DNA of 32,255 bases from Armatimonadota bacterium (GCA_037445735.1 JBBIJY010000029.1:1-32255); one strand, 5' to 3'; counted from the first letter of the stretch, positions 1 through 9,058 are shown. Translations and numbers: made by a program. Notes: generated by a model not told the origin, from the letters alone.

Positions 1-48
1 ACCCGCGACGAACGCCTCGCCCGCTTCCCCTACCGCTGCGCTTGCTGA
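1..48 (+). CDS. Probable 3' end of a gene entering from the left edge (TRDERLARFPYRCAC*)
   Basis: Open frame 1 with GC-ending codons, stopping at TGA 46-48. Too short to identify. Confidence 0.35.
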   Translation, partial: TRDERLARFPYRCAC

Positions 49-187
49 CGCAACGCGGACAATCAGGTCCTGCGGTTCTCCCTAACACCAATATAGGGAA
101 CGGGTTCCCGCCCCAAAGCCCGCCTCGTACCAGAGGCGATAGGAGCGCCCTGTCCGCGACTGATGGTGAGTGCTCGCCTGCGCGTGC

Positions 188-195
188 GGTATAAT
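188..195 (+). promoter_or_regulatory. -10 box (GG-TATAAT) 7 nt upstream of ATG 203; probable leaderless transcript
   Basis: ggTATAATgtttaccATG with no Shine-Dalgarno sequence. Confidence 0.55.
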
Positions 196-202
196 GTTTA
201 CC

Positions 203-1108
203 ATGCAGGATGAGTCGACGGTGGCTATGGGCGGTTCGGAGGCGCAGGCGACGATGCAGGTAAGCGCGGTGCCAGGCGCAACGCAGGCGATTGCTCCCGT
301 GCAGTGCCCCATCTGCGGGCAGATAAACCCGCCAGGCGAGCAGTATTGTGTCGAGTGCGGCTTCCTGTTGAGCAGCGAGATGCCAGCGGAAGCCGCCGCG
401 CCTGTGGAGGGCAGTTTCGCCCGTTTGCGCGACGCGAGCGGGCGCGAGTTCCTGCTCAAGGCGGGCGAGAACCTCATCGGGCGCGACCCCAGCGCCGATG
501 TGCTGCTCAGTGACGGCACGGTCAGCCGCCGCCACGCCCGAATCATTATCGAAGAGAAGACCGCTTACATCGAAGACCTCGGCAGCACGAACGGCACGCT
601 GCTCAACGGTCAGCCCCTCGCGCCCGGTCAGCGGGTTCCCCTGCCGCCCCAGGCGGAACTGCGACTGGGCAGCGTGCAACTGACGCTGGAACTCCCTGAA
701 GGCTTCGAGACGCCCGTGGTCGCTGAAGAGGTCGCCCCGCCGCTGGCATATCTGGTCAATCAACAGGACGCCAGCCAGCGCTATCCGCTCTACGCGCGCC
801 CGCTGCGAATCGGGCGCCGCGCCGGCAACGATATTGTGCTTCCTGACCCCTATGTATCGGGCACGCACGCCACGATTGAGATCGTGGGCAACGAGGTGCG
901 CATCACCGATCTGGGCAGCACGAACGGCACCTTTATTGGCGACACACGCCTGACGCCCAACCTGCCCACCCCGGTGGAGCCAGGCGCGATACTGACGCTG
1001 GGCAAGAGCCAGTTCGTGATAGAGTGGGCTTCCGAACCATCGGAGTATGCAGGAGAGCCAGGTGAGGCGGAGGCAGAACAGTCGCAGGAGGCGCAGGACG
1101 GTGAGTGA
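203..1108 (+). CDS. Zinc-ribbon plus double FHA domain protein
   Basis: CPICGQ..CVECG ribbon. Two FHA signatures: IGR..VSRRHA..DLGSTNGT and IGR..VSGTHA..DLGSTNGT. Start placed at ATG 203 after the -10 box. Confidence 0.9.
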   Translation: MQDESTVAMGGSEAQATMQVSAVPGATQAIAPVQCPICGQINPPGEQYCVECGFLLSSEMPAEAAAPVEGSFARLRDASGREFLLKAGENLIGRDPSADVLLSDGTVSRRHARIIIEEKTAYIEDLGSTNGTLLNGQPLAPGQRVPLPPQAELRLGSVQLTLELPEGFETPVVAEEVAPPLAYLVNQQDASQRYPLYARPLRIGRRAGNDIVLPDPYVSGTHATIEIVGNEVRITDLGSTNGTFIGDTRLTPNLPTPVEPGAILTLGKSQFVIEWASEPSEYAGEPGEAEAEQSQEAQDGE

Positions 1109-1616
1109 GGCGCGGCGCGTTCAGACCCTGCTGGGCGGGCTGTTCATCGTGATTGCGCTGGTGGCGGTCGGCGTCGGGATATGGTTGCGCCTCACACGCC
1201 CGCCTGCACCGGTCGCCGAGCGCCCGCCGTCCAGCGTTCAGATTTATGTGCCGCGCGTGGATGAGCAGGGCGAGACACGCTACGAACCCAAAACCGTCTC
1301 CGTCGCCAGCGCCCCCAACGCCTATAATGCCGCGTTTGAACAGCTCATCCGGGAGACGCCTCTCTTCCCCAGAGGCACGCGCCTGATCAGCGCGACTCTA
1401 AAAGGCGATACGCTCGTGCTGAACTTCTCGGCGGAACTGGGCAGGTTTGAAGGTGGCTCCGATGCGGAAGCCGCGCTGGTGAACGCCATCACGCGCACCG
1501 CCGCCAGCTTCCCTGCCGTGCAAAAAGTGCAGATTCTCGTTGAAGGTCAACCCATCGACAGCATCGGCGGGCATCTGGACACCTCCCAGCCACTGCCCGT
1601 GCAGAGCAGCAACTGA
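1101..1616 (+). CDS. Membrane-anchored GerMN domain protein
   Basis: N-terminal TM helix; FPRGTRL..LNFS..GGS.AE...VNAITRT..VQILVEG..GGHLD pattern. GTG 1101 overlaps the end of the FHA gene. Confidence 0.85.
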   Translation: MSEARRVQTLLGGLFIVIALVAVGVGIWLRLTRPPAPVAERPPSSVQIYVPRVDEQGETRYEPKTVSVASAPNAYNAAFEQLIRETPLFPRGTRLISATLKGDTLVLNFSAELGRFEGGSDAEAALVNAITRTAASFPAVQKVQILVEGQPIDSIGGHLDTSQPLPVQSSN

Positions 1617-1663
1617 AAGGTCGGCAGGAACGACGAACCCCGCGCCGAATCGTCTAAAGTGTT

Positions 1664-3349
1664 ATGGCACGGATGACGCGAATATGGCTCGCTGGATTGA
1701 CACTGATGGCACTGGGCATGGGCTTCGCATCGCCCCAGCAGAAGCAGCCTGCCAAGCCCGTCGCGACCATCACCCTCAACCTCAAAGAGGGCGACACGAT
1801 CAGCGGCACAACAAAAGTGGTGGCGACGGTGCAGAGCGATAAGCTCGTGTTGCGCGTGGAGTTCTCGGTGGACGACATCCTGCGCGAGGTGGACGAAAGC
1901 ACGCCCTACGAGTTCGAGTGGGACACCATCACCGACGCGGAGGGGGAGCGACGCCTGAAGGTGGTCGCCATTCTGGAAGGCAACCAGAATGTGATGAAGG
2001 AGATCAAGGTTCGCATCGATAACGGCGTGGACAAGGGGGCGAACTATCATTATCAGCAGGCGCGGGAGGCGTTCATTAATGGCAAGTTCGACGATGCGAT
2101 ACGGAGCGCGCGCATCGCACTCAAAGCCGATTCGAGCCTCAAGGATGCCCGAATCTTGCTGATTCAGGCGCTGTTGCGTCAGGGTCGCACGCAGGAGGCG
2201 GACGACGCGGTGGAGGATCTGGTGCGCCTGTTCCCCGACAGCATCGAGGGGTACGAGTTCCGTGTGGCGGCGAGCCTGCGGCGGGCGCGAACCGCGCGCA
2301 ACGAACGGGAGCTGGTGCGCGAAGCCATCACCGCACGACGCAAAATGTACGAGCTGCGCCTCAAAGCACTCAGTGAGAACAACGCGCCCGACGCGATTGC
2401 CCAGCGGGCACGACTGCTCATCGCGCTGGGTCAGGCGGACAGCACGCTGCCCGATCTGGTCGCGCTCACCCAGCGGGAAGACCGCAACACCCGCTATCTG
2501 AACCTGCTGGCGTACGCCTATCTCTGTGCAGGACGCCTGCGCGATGCGGTGGTGACGGCGCAGACGGCGGTTCGACGCGGCATCGCCGACGATTATACCT
2601 ATGCTATTCGCGGGCTGGCGAGCGGCATCCTGGGCGACGAACGCGATTCCCAGGCTGCCTTCGCCGAAGCCGAAAAGATCGACAAAGACTCGAAGGCGCT
2701 GCTAACAGCGCAGGCGGCGCTCGCAATGCTCGATCGGCGCCCCATCACCGTCGGGCGATTGACCGCGCGAGCGCAGGATTTGAGCGACAACACGCCGCAG
2801 GTCGCCTTCATGCGCTACTGGAGCTATGTGCTGAACCGCGAGTTCGACCGCGCACGCGACGCCTTCTGGCGCGTGCTGGACCTGGAGGCGCTGATGCCAG
2901 AAGCCTACACGCTGCGCGGACTGCAGAACATCGCGGGCGGGCTGGAGCCAGGCGACGAGCAGCTGCTGGAGGTGGCGCGCGGCTGGTTCGAACTCGCGCT
3001 CGAAGCCCGACCGAACTACGCGCCGGCACAGCTGGGCATCGCGCTCAGCTACGCCTGCGAGGTCTATGTGGCACGCCGCGATGGGCAGAAACCCTCCGAT
3101 GAGGCGCTCAAGAACGCAGAGGAGGCGCTGAACAAAGCGCTCGCGATCACGCGCGACACGGCGTGGATGCAGGCGGGCGCGTCGTTCGTGCTGGACCAGA
3201 TTGGCAAAGGGCGCGAGGCGGACCGCGCCATCCTGCGTGCCAGCCAGCTCGACCCGCGCCGCATCAACACCGTGCGCCCCCCTGACCCGCCGCGCCTGCT
3301 GGAAATCCTCTACTCACAGATGTTCATCCCCATCATGCCGCCGCCTTAG
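1664..3349 (+). CDS. Secreted protein with an Ig-like domain and TPR repeats
   Basis: Signal peptide (..GMGFA-S); bacterial Ig-like motif VEFSVDD..PYEFEWDT; Ala/Leu-rich TPR-like helical repeats. Confidence 0.75.
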   Translation: MARMTRIWLAGLTLMALGMGFASPQQKQPAKPVATITLNLKEGDTISGTTKVVATVQSDKLVLRVEFSVDDILREVDESTPYEFEWDTITDAEGERRLKVVAILEGNQNVMKEIKVRIDNGVDKGANYHYQQAREAFINGKFDDAIRSARIALKADSSLKDARILLIQALLRQGRTQEADDAVEDLVRLFPDSIEGYEFRVAASLRRARTARNERELVREAITARRKMYELRLKALSENNAPDAIAQRARLLIALGQADSTLPDLVALTQREDRNTRYLNLLAYAYLCAGRLRDAVVTAQTAVRRGIADDYTYAIRGLASGILGDERDSQAAFAEAEKIDKDSKALLTAQAALAMLDRRPITVGRLTARAQDLSDNTPQVAFMRYWSYVLNREFDRARDAFWRVLDLEALMPEAYTLRGLQNIAGGLEPGDEQLLEVARGWFELALEARPNYAPAQLGIALSYACEVYVARRDGQKPSDEALKNAEEALNKALAITRDTAWMQAGASFVLDQIGKGREADRAILRASQLDPRRINTVRPPDPPRLLEILYSQMFIPIMPPP

Positions 3350-4329
3350 TGCTGCTCGGCGAACGCGCGTATCGCAAGCAACAGGTCGGGATTGATGTCG
3401 GTGGGCAGGGCGCAACCAGGCGCAAGGATAAAGCCGATTCGCCCTGCCTCCTCTAAAGCCGCCTGCGCCTGCGCGACGAGCTGCTCGCGCGAATAGCGTG
3501 CCAGCTCCAGCTCGTTCAGCCCGCCCATGACGCACCGCTGGAACAGTGGACGCCCCTGCGCGAGGCTCAGCGTGCAGGCGCGATCGCTCCAGCACACGAT
3601 CGCGACGGGCGGCTGCGCCCATAAATCGGCATAGAGTTCGCCGTAGCCGTGCAGGTGCAGCACATTCAGCGGCGCGTCGGCAACCGCGTTCAGCAGCGCG
3701 CGATCCAGTGGCAGCAGATAGCGCTCATACAGCGCGCGGGGCATCGCGTCGGAACTCGCGCCGCTGAGCGCATAATAGACCCCATCACACACCCTGATAA
3801 CTGCCTTCGCGTAGGCAACGAGATTGGCATGCAGAATCGCCAGCCCCACCTGCACCGATTCGGGCGACTGCTGCAAATGCTCAAGGAATCGACCGTCCGA
3901 GATGCGCGTGGCGTAATAGAAGGTGTTGAACACCGTCTCAACGATGGGCACATCGGGTGGCAGCTGCTCACGCAGGCGATAGAGCACCTGCAGGTGCGCG
4001 CCGAAATGTCCCTTATCGGGTTCCAGCGCGGGCAGGCGGCGCCAGTCGTCAGCGCGCTCTATCACAGGCAAATCGGGCGTCATCTCGTAGGGGATGTCGT
4101 GCATCACCTTCAGCAAATCGGGCTGATAGCGCTGCCAGAAGTCCCACTCAGCGCGAACCATGCCCTCGATGTAGGTGTGCAGCAGGTCGTCGCTGATGGG
4201 CGGGCGATACTCGGCATGGAGCTGGGGTGGGAACCACGGCTCGGTGCGGAAGTGGTACCAGAAGGCGAAGGGGAGCCGGTCGGTCGGCTGTGCTGCAACC
4301 GCTGCCTGAACGCGCTCGCGCGGAGTCAT
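3346..4329 (-). CDS. Uroporphyrinogen decarboxylase (URO-D/MtaA-CmuA) family protein
   Basis: MTPRERV..DRLP.AFWYHF N-terminus, LHLHG, GFILAPGC C-terminus. ATG 4329 overlaps the upstream TGA. Probably not true HemE. Confidence 0.8.
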   Translation of the reverse strand: MTPRERVQAAVAAQPTDRLPFAFWYHFRTEPWFPPQLHAEYRPPISDDLLHTYIEGMVRAEWDFWQRYQPDLLKVMHDIPYEMTPDLPVIERADDWRRLPALEPDKGHFGAHLQVLYRLREQLPPDVPIVETVFNTFYYATRISDGRFLEHLQQSPESVQVGLAILHANLVAYAKAVIRVCDGVYYALSGASSDAMPRALYERYLLPLDRALLNAVADAPLNVLHLHGYGELYADLWAQPPVAIVCWSDRACTLSLAQGRPLFQRCVMGGLNELELARYSREQLVAQAQAALEEAGRIGFILAPGCALPTDINPDLLLAIRAFAEQH

Positions 4330-5081
4330 CAGCCTGCCTCCCCCTCCACCTCGCCGACCTTCAGCGTCAGCTCGCTGCGCTTCTCGATGCGCTCGATTTT
4401 GCCGTCCCGAATCCACACGATACGGTCAGAGATGTCGAGCATCTTCAGGTCGTGCGTGGCGGAGATGATGGTGACGCCACACTCCTCATTCAGGCGTTTG
4501 AGCAGTTCGATAATCTCCTTGCCCGTGCGCAGGTCGAGGTTGCCCGTCGGCTCGTCTGCCAGGATAATGGAGGGGTTGTTGGCGAGGGCGCGGGCAATCG
4601 CGACGCGCTGCTGCTGACCGCCCGACAGCTCGGTGGGTTTGTGCTGCAGGCGTCCGCCCAATCCGACCTTCGTGAGCAGTTCGATGCCGCGCTCGCGGGC
4701 TTCATCCGCGGGCACGCCCGCAAAAATCATCGGCAGAGTCACATTCTCCAGCGCGGTCATCACGGGGATGAGATTGAAGGTCTGAAAAATATAGCCGATG
4801 CGGTGGCAGCGCAGGAACGCCAGCTCCTGCGGGTCGAGCTGCGCCATGTCCACATCGTCAATGAACACCGAGCCGCTGGTGGGCTTGTCCAGCCCGCCAA
4901 TCATGTTAAACAGCGTGCTTTTGCCGGAGCCAGAGGGTCCCATAATCGAGAGATACTCGCCCCGGTAGATGTCGAGAGTCACGCCATCGAGCGCGCGCAC
5001 GATCAACTTGCCCATCTGATACTCTTTGACCACATCGCGCACGCGCACCACATATTCCGTTGCGCCGTTGGTTGTCGTCAT
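4329..5081 (-). CDS. ABC transporter ATP-binding protein, LolD/MacB type
   Basis: Walker A GPSGSGKST, signature LSGGQQQRVAIARAL, ADEPTGNLD, H-loop ATHD. Start placed at ATG 5081 (MTTTNG). Confidence 0.92.
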   Translation of the reverse strand: MTTTNGATEYVVRVRDVVKEYQMGKLIVRALDGVTLDIYRGEYLSIMGPSGSGKSTLFNMIGGLDKPTSGSVFIDDVDMAQLDPQELAFLRCHRIGYIFQTFNLIPVMTALENVTLPMIFAGVPADEARERGIELLTKVGLGGRLQHKPTELSGGQQQRVAIARALANNPSIILADEPTGNLDLRTGKEIIELLKRLNEECGVTIISATHDLKMLDISDRIVWIRDGKIERIEKRSELTLKVGEVEGEAG

Positions 5082-5108
5082 CGCCGTTCTATTTATACTC
5101 GAACGGCG
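5082..5108 (-). terminator. Hairpin CGCCGTTC-N11-GAACGGCG just after the GH5 stop; its loop contains TATAAA on the minus strand
   Basis: Perfect 8-bp inverted repeat directly upstream of the ABC ATPase start. No U-tract. Confidence 0.35.
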
Positions 5109-5112
5109 GGGG

Positions 5113-6120
5113 TTATCCTGCCTGCAGCAGCTGGAGCATTTCGCGGTCGAGTTTGTGTCCGCGCCAGGTTTCATAGGTAACATCGGCACGCTCGCTATCC
5201 AGGATGCCGAACGCGCCGCGGAACTCCCAGAGCGCCCAGCCCCAGCCTGCCTGCTTGAAGAGCGCGAGCAGGTCGCGCATCCATGCCAGCACCACGCGAT
5301 GGGGCGTCTGATTGTACGCGCCGAACTCGCCGACCATCACGCCCACGCCTTTCTGCTCCAGCTGTTGCCAGCGGGCATAGAACGCCTCCCACAGGCGTTG
5401 TCGGTCCCACACCGTCTCGCCCTCGCGCAGAGGATATTCGGTGGGCGGCTCCCATCGGTCGGAACCCTGCACCCAGCTGGCTTTGTAGTGGGTGAGTCGG
5501 AAGGGCTGGTAGCCGCGCGTCGCCTGCGCCACTTTGAGATCGATCAGCTCGTCGGCGGGCGTCAGCCCCCAGTCGCGCCCGTCGCAGATGACCAGCCGCT
5601 GGGCGTCTTCCTTGCGAATCGCTTCCAGCACGCGCTCCACCACGCGCCGATGGCTCTGGGCGTCCACCAGCGAAGGCTCGTTGAACAGATTGAAGCTCAG
5701 CTGCCGATTCGGGATGCCCTGATAGCGGCGGGTGAACTGCGCCCAGTGGTGCGCACAGAGCTTCTGCGCCTCCTCGTCCCGCCAGAGATTGAACGGCTCC
5801 GGCGGCGAGGCGACGGTGTAGCCCGGCGCACGATGGAAGTTAATCTGTACATGGATGCGATGCTTCTCGCCGAAGCGCACCGCCTCGTCGATCTCGCGCA
5901 GCACCTCCTCACGCAGGCGATAGGGATTCTCTGCATCGGTCCAGACGCGATAGTCCATCGGCAGGCGCACAAAATTGAAGCCCAGCTCGGCAATCCACTC
6001 GAAGTCGCGCTCCTCAAAGCGACCGTTGCGCCAGTCGCGATGGAACTTGTTCTGCAGATTGAACCCGCGCCAGCGCGGCAACGGCTGCACCTTCGGCTCC
6101 AGTAAGCGACGCTGTTGCAT
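5113..6120 (-). CDS. Glycoside hydrolase family 5 (cellulase superfamily), full length, no signal peptide
   Basis: WRGFNL, GFNFVRLPMDY, NFHRAPG, acid/base FNEP, nucleophile VGEFG, WALW. Confidence 0.9.
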   Translation of the reverse strand: MQQRRLLEPKVQPLPRWRGFNLQNKFHRDWRNGRFEERDFEWIAELGFNFVRLPMDYRVWTDAENPYRLREEVLREIDEAVRFGEKHRIHVQINFHRAPGYTVASPPEPFNLWRDEEAQKLCAHHWAQFTRRYQGIPNRQLSFNLFNEPSLVDAQSHRRVVERVLEAIRKEDAQRLVICDGRDWGLTPADELIDLKVAQATRGYQPFRLTHYKASWVQGSDRWEPPTEYPLREGETVWDRQRLWEAFYARWQQLEQKGVGVMVGEFGAYNQTPHRVVLAWMRDLLALFKQAGWGWALWEFRGAFGILDSERADVTYETWRGHKLDREMLQLLQAG

Positions 6121-6223
6121 GATTTTTTCTGTTCCCCACAACGCCGGGCTTTCCTGCCATCACGCCGCCGTTTTGCCAGAATCGCATCATTTTTGCTGAT
6201 TCGGGTGGCTTTTCATGAAAATG

Positions 6224-6234
6224 TGTGGTATAAT
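6224..6234 (+). promoter_or_regulatory. Extended -10 promoter (TGTGGTATAAT) of the PEP-CTERM gene; duplicated at 7983-7993
   Basis: TGnTATAAT preceded by the palindrome TTTTCATGAAAA (6210-6221). Confidence 0.55.
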
Positions 6235-6313
6235 AGAGTGGAGATACGGAAATGGACGATTGTTTCTGTTTTCGCATCTTCTAAACCACTCCCCACAGGG
6301 GAAAGGAGACTGC

Positions 6314-7189
6314 ATGATGCGTACGATACGGCGTTTGATGGAGTGGTTGCAGAGAGCGCGTGCGTATATTGCGCCGCTGGCGCTGCTGATGATAGCAGCC
6401 AGCCCCCTGATAGCAGGTGCCCAGGTGGACATTCGGGTTCGCATGCAGGGGCAACAGAACCCCGTTCTGATCGGCACCCTGCGGTGGACCGTCAGGATCA
6501 ACCCCACTAACGGGAACGAGTTTATGACCGCCCGGTTCACCTTTGCAGGCGGCTGGGGCTTCCTGGACAACACTTACGACTTCCGCTGGTTCCAGATTAT
6601 CAACGAGGATACCGACCCGAACCGACCGCGCACCGATCACGACAATAACCCGAACACGCCTTCGATTCAGCCGCCGGTGCCCTATACCGACCCTCCGCGT
6701 GGCGGCTGGGACTACAACAACGACGGCGACAATAACGACGCGAATGAGCCTGCTGACAACTCGCCGTACTATGAGGACGATGCAGGGTTCGGTGGTCCCT
6801 TTGATTTCGGCAGGTGGCACACCGAAGGTGTGGACAGCCGCTTTGAGGATGCACCGGGCACGGCTGCGGGGGAGCATGTGCTGTTCAAAACCTTCCTTGT
6901 GGCGGTTCGACACGGCAGCAACACGATAACACCCGGGCAGCAGGAGTTTGTAAAACTTGCAGGTTTCTCCTGGCGGCTGGACGGTGGCAGACCGCAGGAC
7001 ATCACCAAGCTGGGGCAGATTAATCCCGCCCGTGAGAAGCAGAAAATCATGCAGGCGCTGACGAACTCGGGCTTTCAGGGCTGGAACACGATCCAGCTCA
7101 GCGAGTTCACCTTCGTGCCCGAGCCTGCCTCGCTGCTGATTCTCGGTGTGGGGCTGGCTGGTCTCACGCTCCGTCGCAGGCGCCGCTGA
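6314..7189 (+). CDS. PEP-CTERM sorting-domain surface protein, copy 1
   Basis: SD AAGGAG at 6303-6308; signal peptide ending ..LIAGA-Q; C-terminal VPEPASLLILGVGLAGLTLRRRRR. Start could also be 6317. Confidence 0.92.
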   Translation: MMRTIRRLMEWLQRARAYIAPLALLMIAASPLIAGAQVDIRVRMQGQQNPVLIGTLRWTVRINPTNGNEFMTARFTFAGGWGFLDNTYDFRWFQIINEDTDPNRPRTDHDNNPNTPSIQPPVPYTDPPRGGWDYNNDGDNNDANEPADNSPYYEDDAGFGGPFDFGRWHTEGVDSRFEDAPGTAAGEHVLFKTFLVAVRHGSNTITPGQQEFVKLAGFSWRLDGGRPQDITKLGQINPAREKQKIMQALTNSGFQGWNTIQLSEFTFVPEPASLLILGVGLAGLTLRRRRR

Positions 7190-7213
7190 AACCCCGCTGC
7201 AGTCTTACCTCTG

Positions 7214-7245
7214 GGGTTCCCCTCACTCTGGAGGGGAACCCTTTT
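7214..7245 (+). terminator. Intrinsic terminator of PEP-CTERM copy 1
   Basis: Stem GGGTTCCCCTC / GAGGGGAACCC, 6-nt loop, followed by TTTT. Confidence 0.75.
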
Positions 7246-7879
7246 CAGCTACCTCTTTACTCATCTGGTAGCCGCGCGTCGCCTGCGCCACTTTGAGATC
7301 GATCAGCTCGTCGGCGGGCGTCAGCCCCCAGTCGCGCCCGTCGCAGATGACCAGCCGCTGGGCGTCTTCCTTGCGAATCGCTTCCAGCACGCGCTCCACC
7401 ACGCGCCGATGGCTCTGGGCGTCCACCAGCGAAGGCTCGTTGAACAGATTGAAGCTCAGCTGCCGATTCGGGATGCCCTGATAGCGGCGGGTGAACTGCG
7501 CCCAGTGGTGCGCACAGAGCTTCTGCGCCTCCTCGTCCCGCCAGAGATTGAACGGCTCCGGCGGCGAGGCGACGGTGTAGCCCGGCGCACGATGGAAGTT
7601 AATCTGTACATGGATGCGATGCTTCTCGCCGAAGCGCACCGCCTCGTCGATCTCGCGCAGCACCTCCTCACGCAGGCGATAGGGATTCTCTGCATCGGTC
7701 CAGACGCGATAGTCCATCGGCAGGCGCACAAAATTGAAGCCCAGCTCGGCAATCCACTCGAAGTCGCGCTCCTCAAAGCGACCGTTGCGCCAGTCGCGAT
7801 GGAACTTGTTCTGCAGATTGAACCCGCGCCAGCGCGGCAACGGCTGCACCTTCGGCTCCAGTAAGCGACGCTGTTGCAT
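7223..7879 (-). pseudogene. 3'-truncated GH5 copy created by the duplication junction
   Basis: Identical to GH5 up to ATRGYQ, then reads across the junction (MSKEVAEKGSPPE*). Lacks the nucleophile GEFG region. Confidence 0.85.
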
Positions 7880-8072
7880 GATTTTTTCTGTTCCCCACAA
7901 CGCCGGGCTTTCCTGCCATCACGCCGCCGTTTTGCCAGAATCGCATCATTTTTGCTGATTCGGGTGGCTTTTCATGAAAATGTGTGGTATAATAGAGTGG
8001 AGATACGGAAATGGACGATTGTTTCTGTTTTCGCATCTTCTAAACCACTCCCCACAGGGGAAAGGAGACTGC

Positions 8073-8948
8073 ATGATGCGTACGATACGGCGTTTGATGG
8101 AGTGGTTGCAGAGAGCGCGTGCGTATATTGCGCCGCTGGCGCTGCTGATGATAGCAGCCAGCCCCCTGATAGCAGGTGCCCAGGTGGACATTCGGGTTCG
8201 CATGCAGGGGCAACAGAACCCCGTTCTGATCGGCACCCTGCGGTGGACCGTCAGGATCAACCCCACTAACGGGAACGAGTTTATGACCGCCCGGTTCACC
8301 TTTGCAGGCGGCTGGGGCTTCCTGGACAACACTTACGACTTCCGCTGGTTCCAGATTATCAACGAGGATACCGACCCGAACCGACCGCGCACCGATCACG
8401 ACAATAACCCGAACACGCCTTCGATTCAGCCGCCGGTGCCCTATACCGACCCTCCGCGTGGCGGCTGGGACTACAACAACGACGGCGACAATAACGACGC
8501 GAATGAGCCTGCTGACAACTCGCCGTACTATGAGGACGATGCAGGGTTCGGTGGTCCCTTTGATTTCGGCAGGTGGCACACCGAAGGTGTGGACAGCCGC
8601 TTTGAGGATGCACCGGGCACGGCTGCGGGGGAGCATGTGCTGTTCAAAACCTTCCTTGTGGCGGTTCGACACGGCAGCAACACGATAACACCCGGGCAGC
8701 AGGAGTTTGTAAAACTTGCAGGTTTCTCCTGGCGGCTGGACGGTGGCAGACCGCAGGACATCACCAAGCTGGGGCAGATTAATCCCGCCCGTGAGAAGCA
8801 GAAAATCATGCAGGCGCTGACGAACTCGGGCTTTCAGGGCTGGAACACGATCCAGCTCAGCGAGTTCACCTTCGTGCCCGAGCCTGCCTCGCTGCTGATT
8901 CTCGGTGTGGGGCTGGCTGGTCTCACGCTCCGTCGCAGGCGCCGCTGA
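8073..8948 (+). CDS. PEP-CTERM sorting-domain surface protein, copy 2
   Basis: Translation identical to 6314..7189. Confidence 0.92.
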   Translation: MMRTIRRLMEWLQRARAYIAPLALLMIAASPLIAGAQVDIRVRMQGQQNPVLIGTLRWTVRINPTNGNEFMTARFTFAGGWGFLDNTYDFRWFQIINEDTDPNRPRTDHDNNPNTPSIQPPVPYTDPPRGGWDYNNDGDNNDANEPADNSPYYEDDAGFGGPFDFGRWHTEGVDSRFEDAPGTAAGEHVLFKTFLVAVRHGSNTITPGQQEFVKLAGFSWRLDGGRPQDITKLGQINPAREKQKIMQALTNSGFQGWNTIQLSEFTFVPEPASLLILGVGLAGLTLRRRRR

Positions 8949-8972
8949 AACCCCGCTGCAGTCTTACCTCTG

Positions 8973-9004
8973 GGGTTCCCCTCACTCTGGAGGGGAACCC
9001 TTTT
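8973..9004 (+). terminator. Intrinsic terminator of PEP-CTERM copy 2
   Basis: Same hairpin and TTTT as 7214-7245. Confidence 0.75.
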
Positions 9005-9058
9005 CAGCTACCTCTTTACTCATCTGGCTTGCTGTGTCGAGCAGGTACACTCCATTCG

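Larger units (their letters stand above)
5506..7264. repeat. 1759-bp tandem duplication, copy 1
   Basis: Sequence at x matches x+1759 from 5506 to 7268. All internal ORFs recur with identical translations. Confidence 0.95.
7265..9023. repeat. 1759-bp tandem duplication, copy 2
   Basis: Matches copy 1; CTGG present at 5506, 7265 and 9024. Confidence 0.95.
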
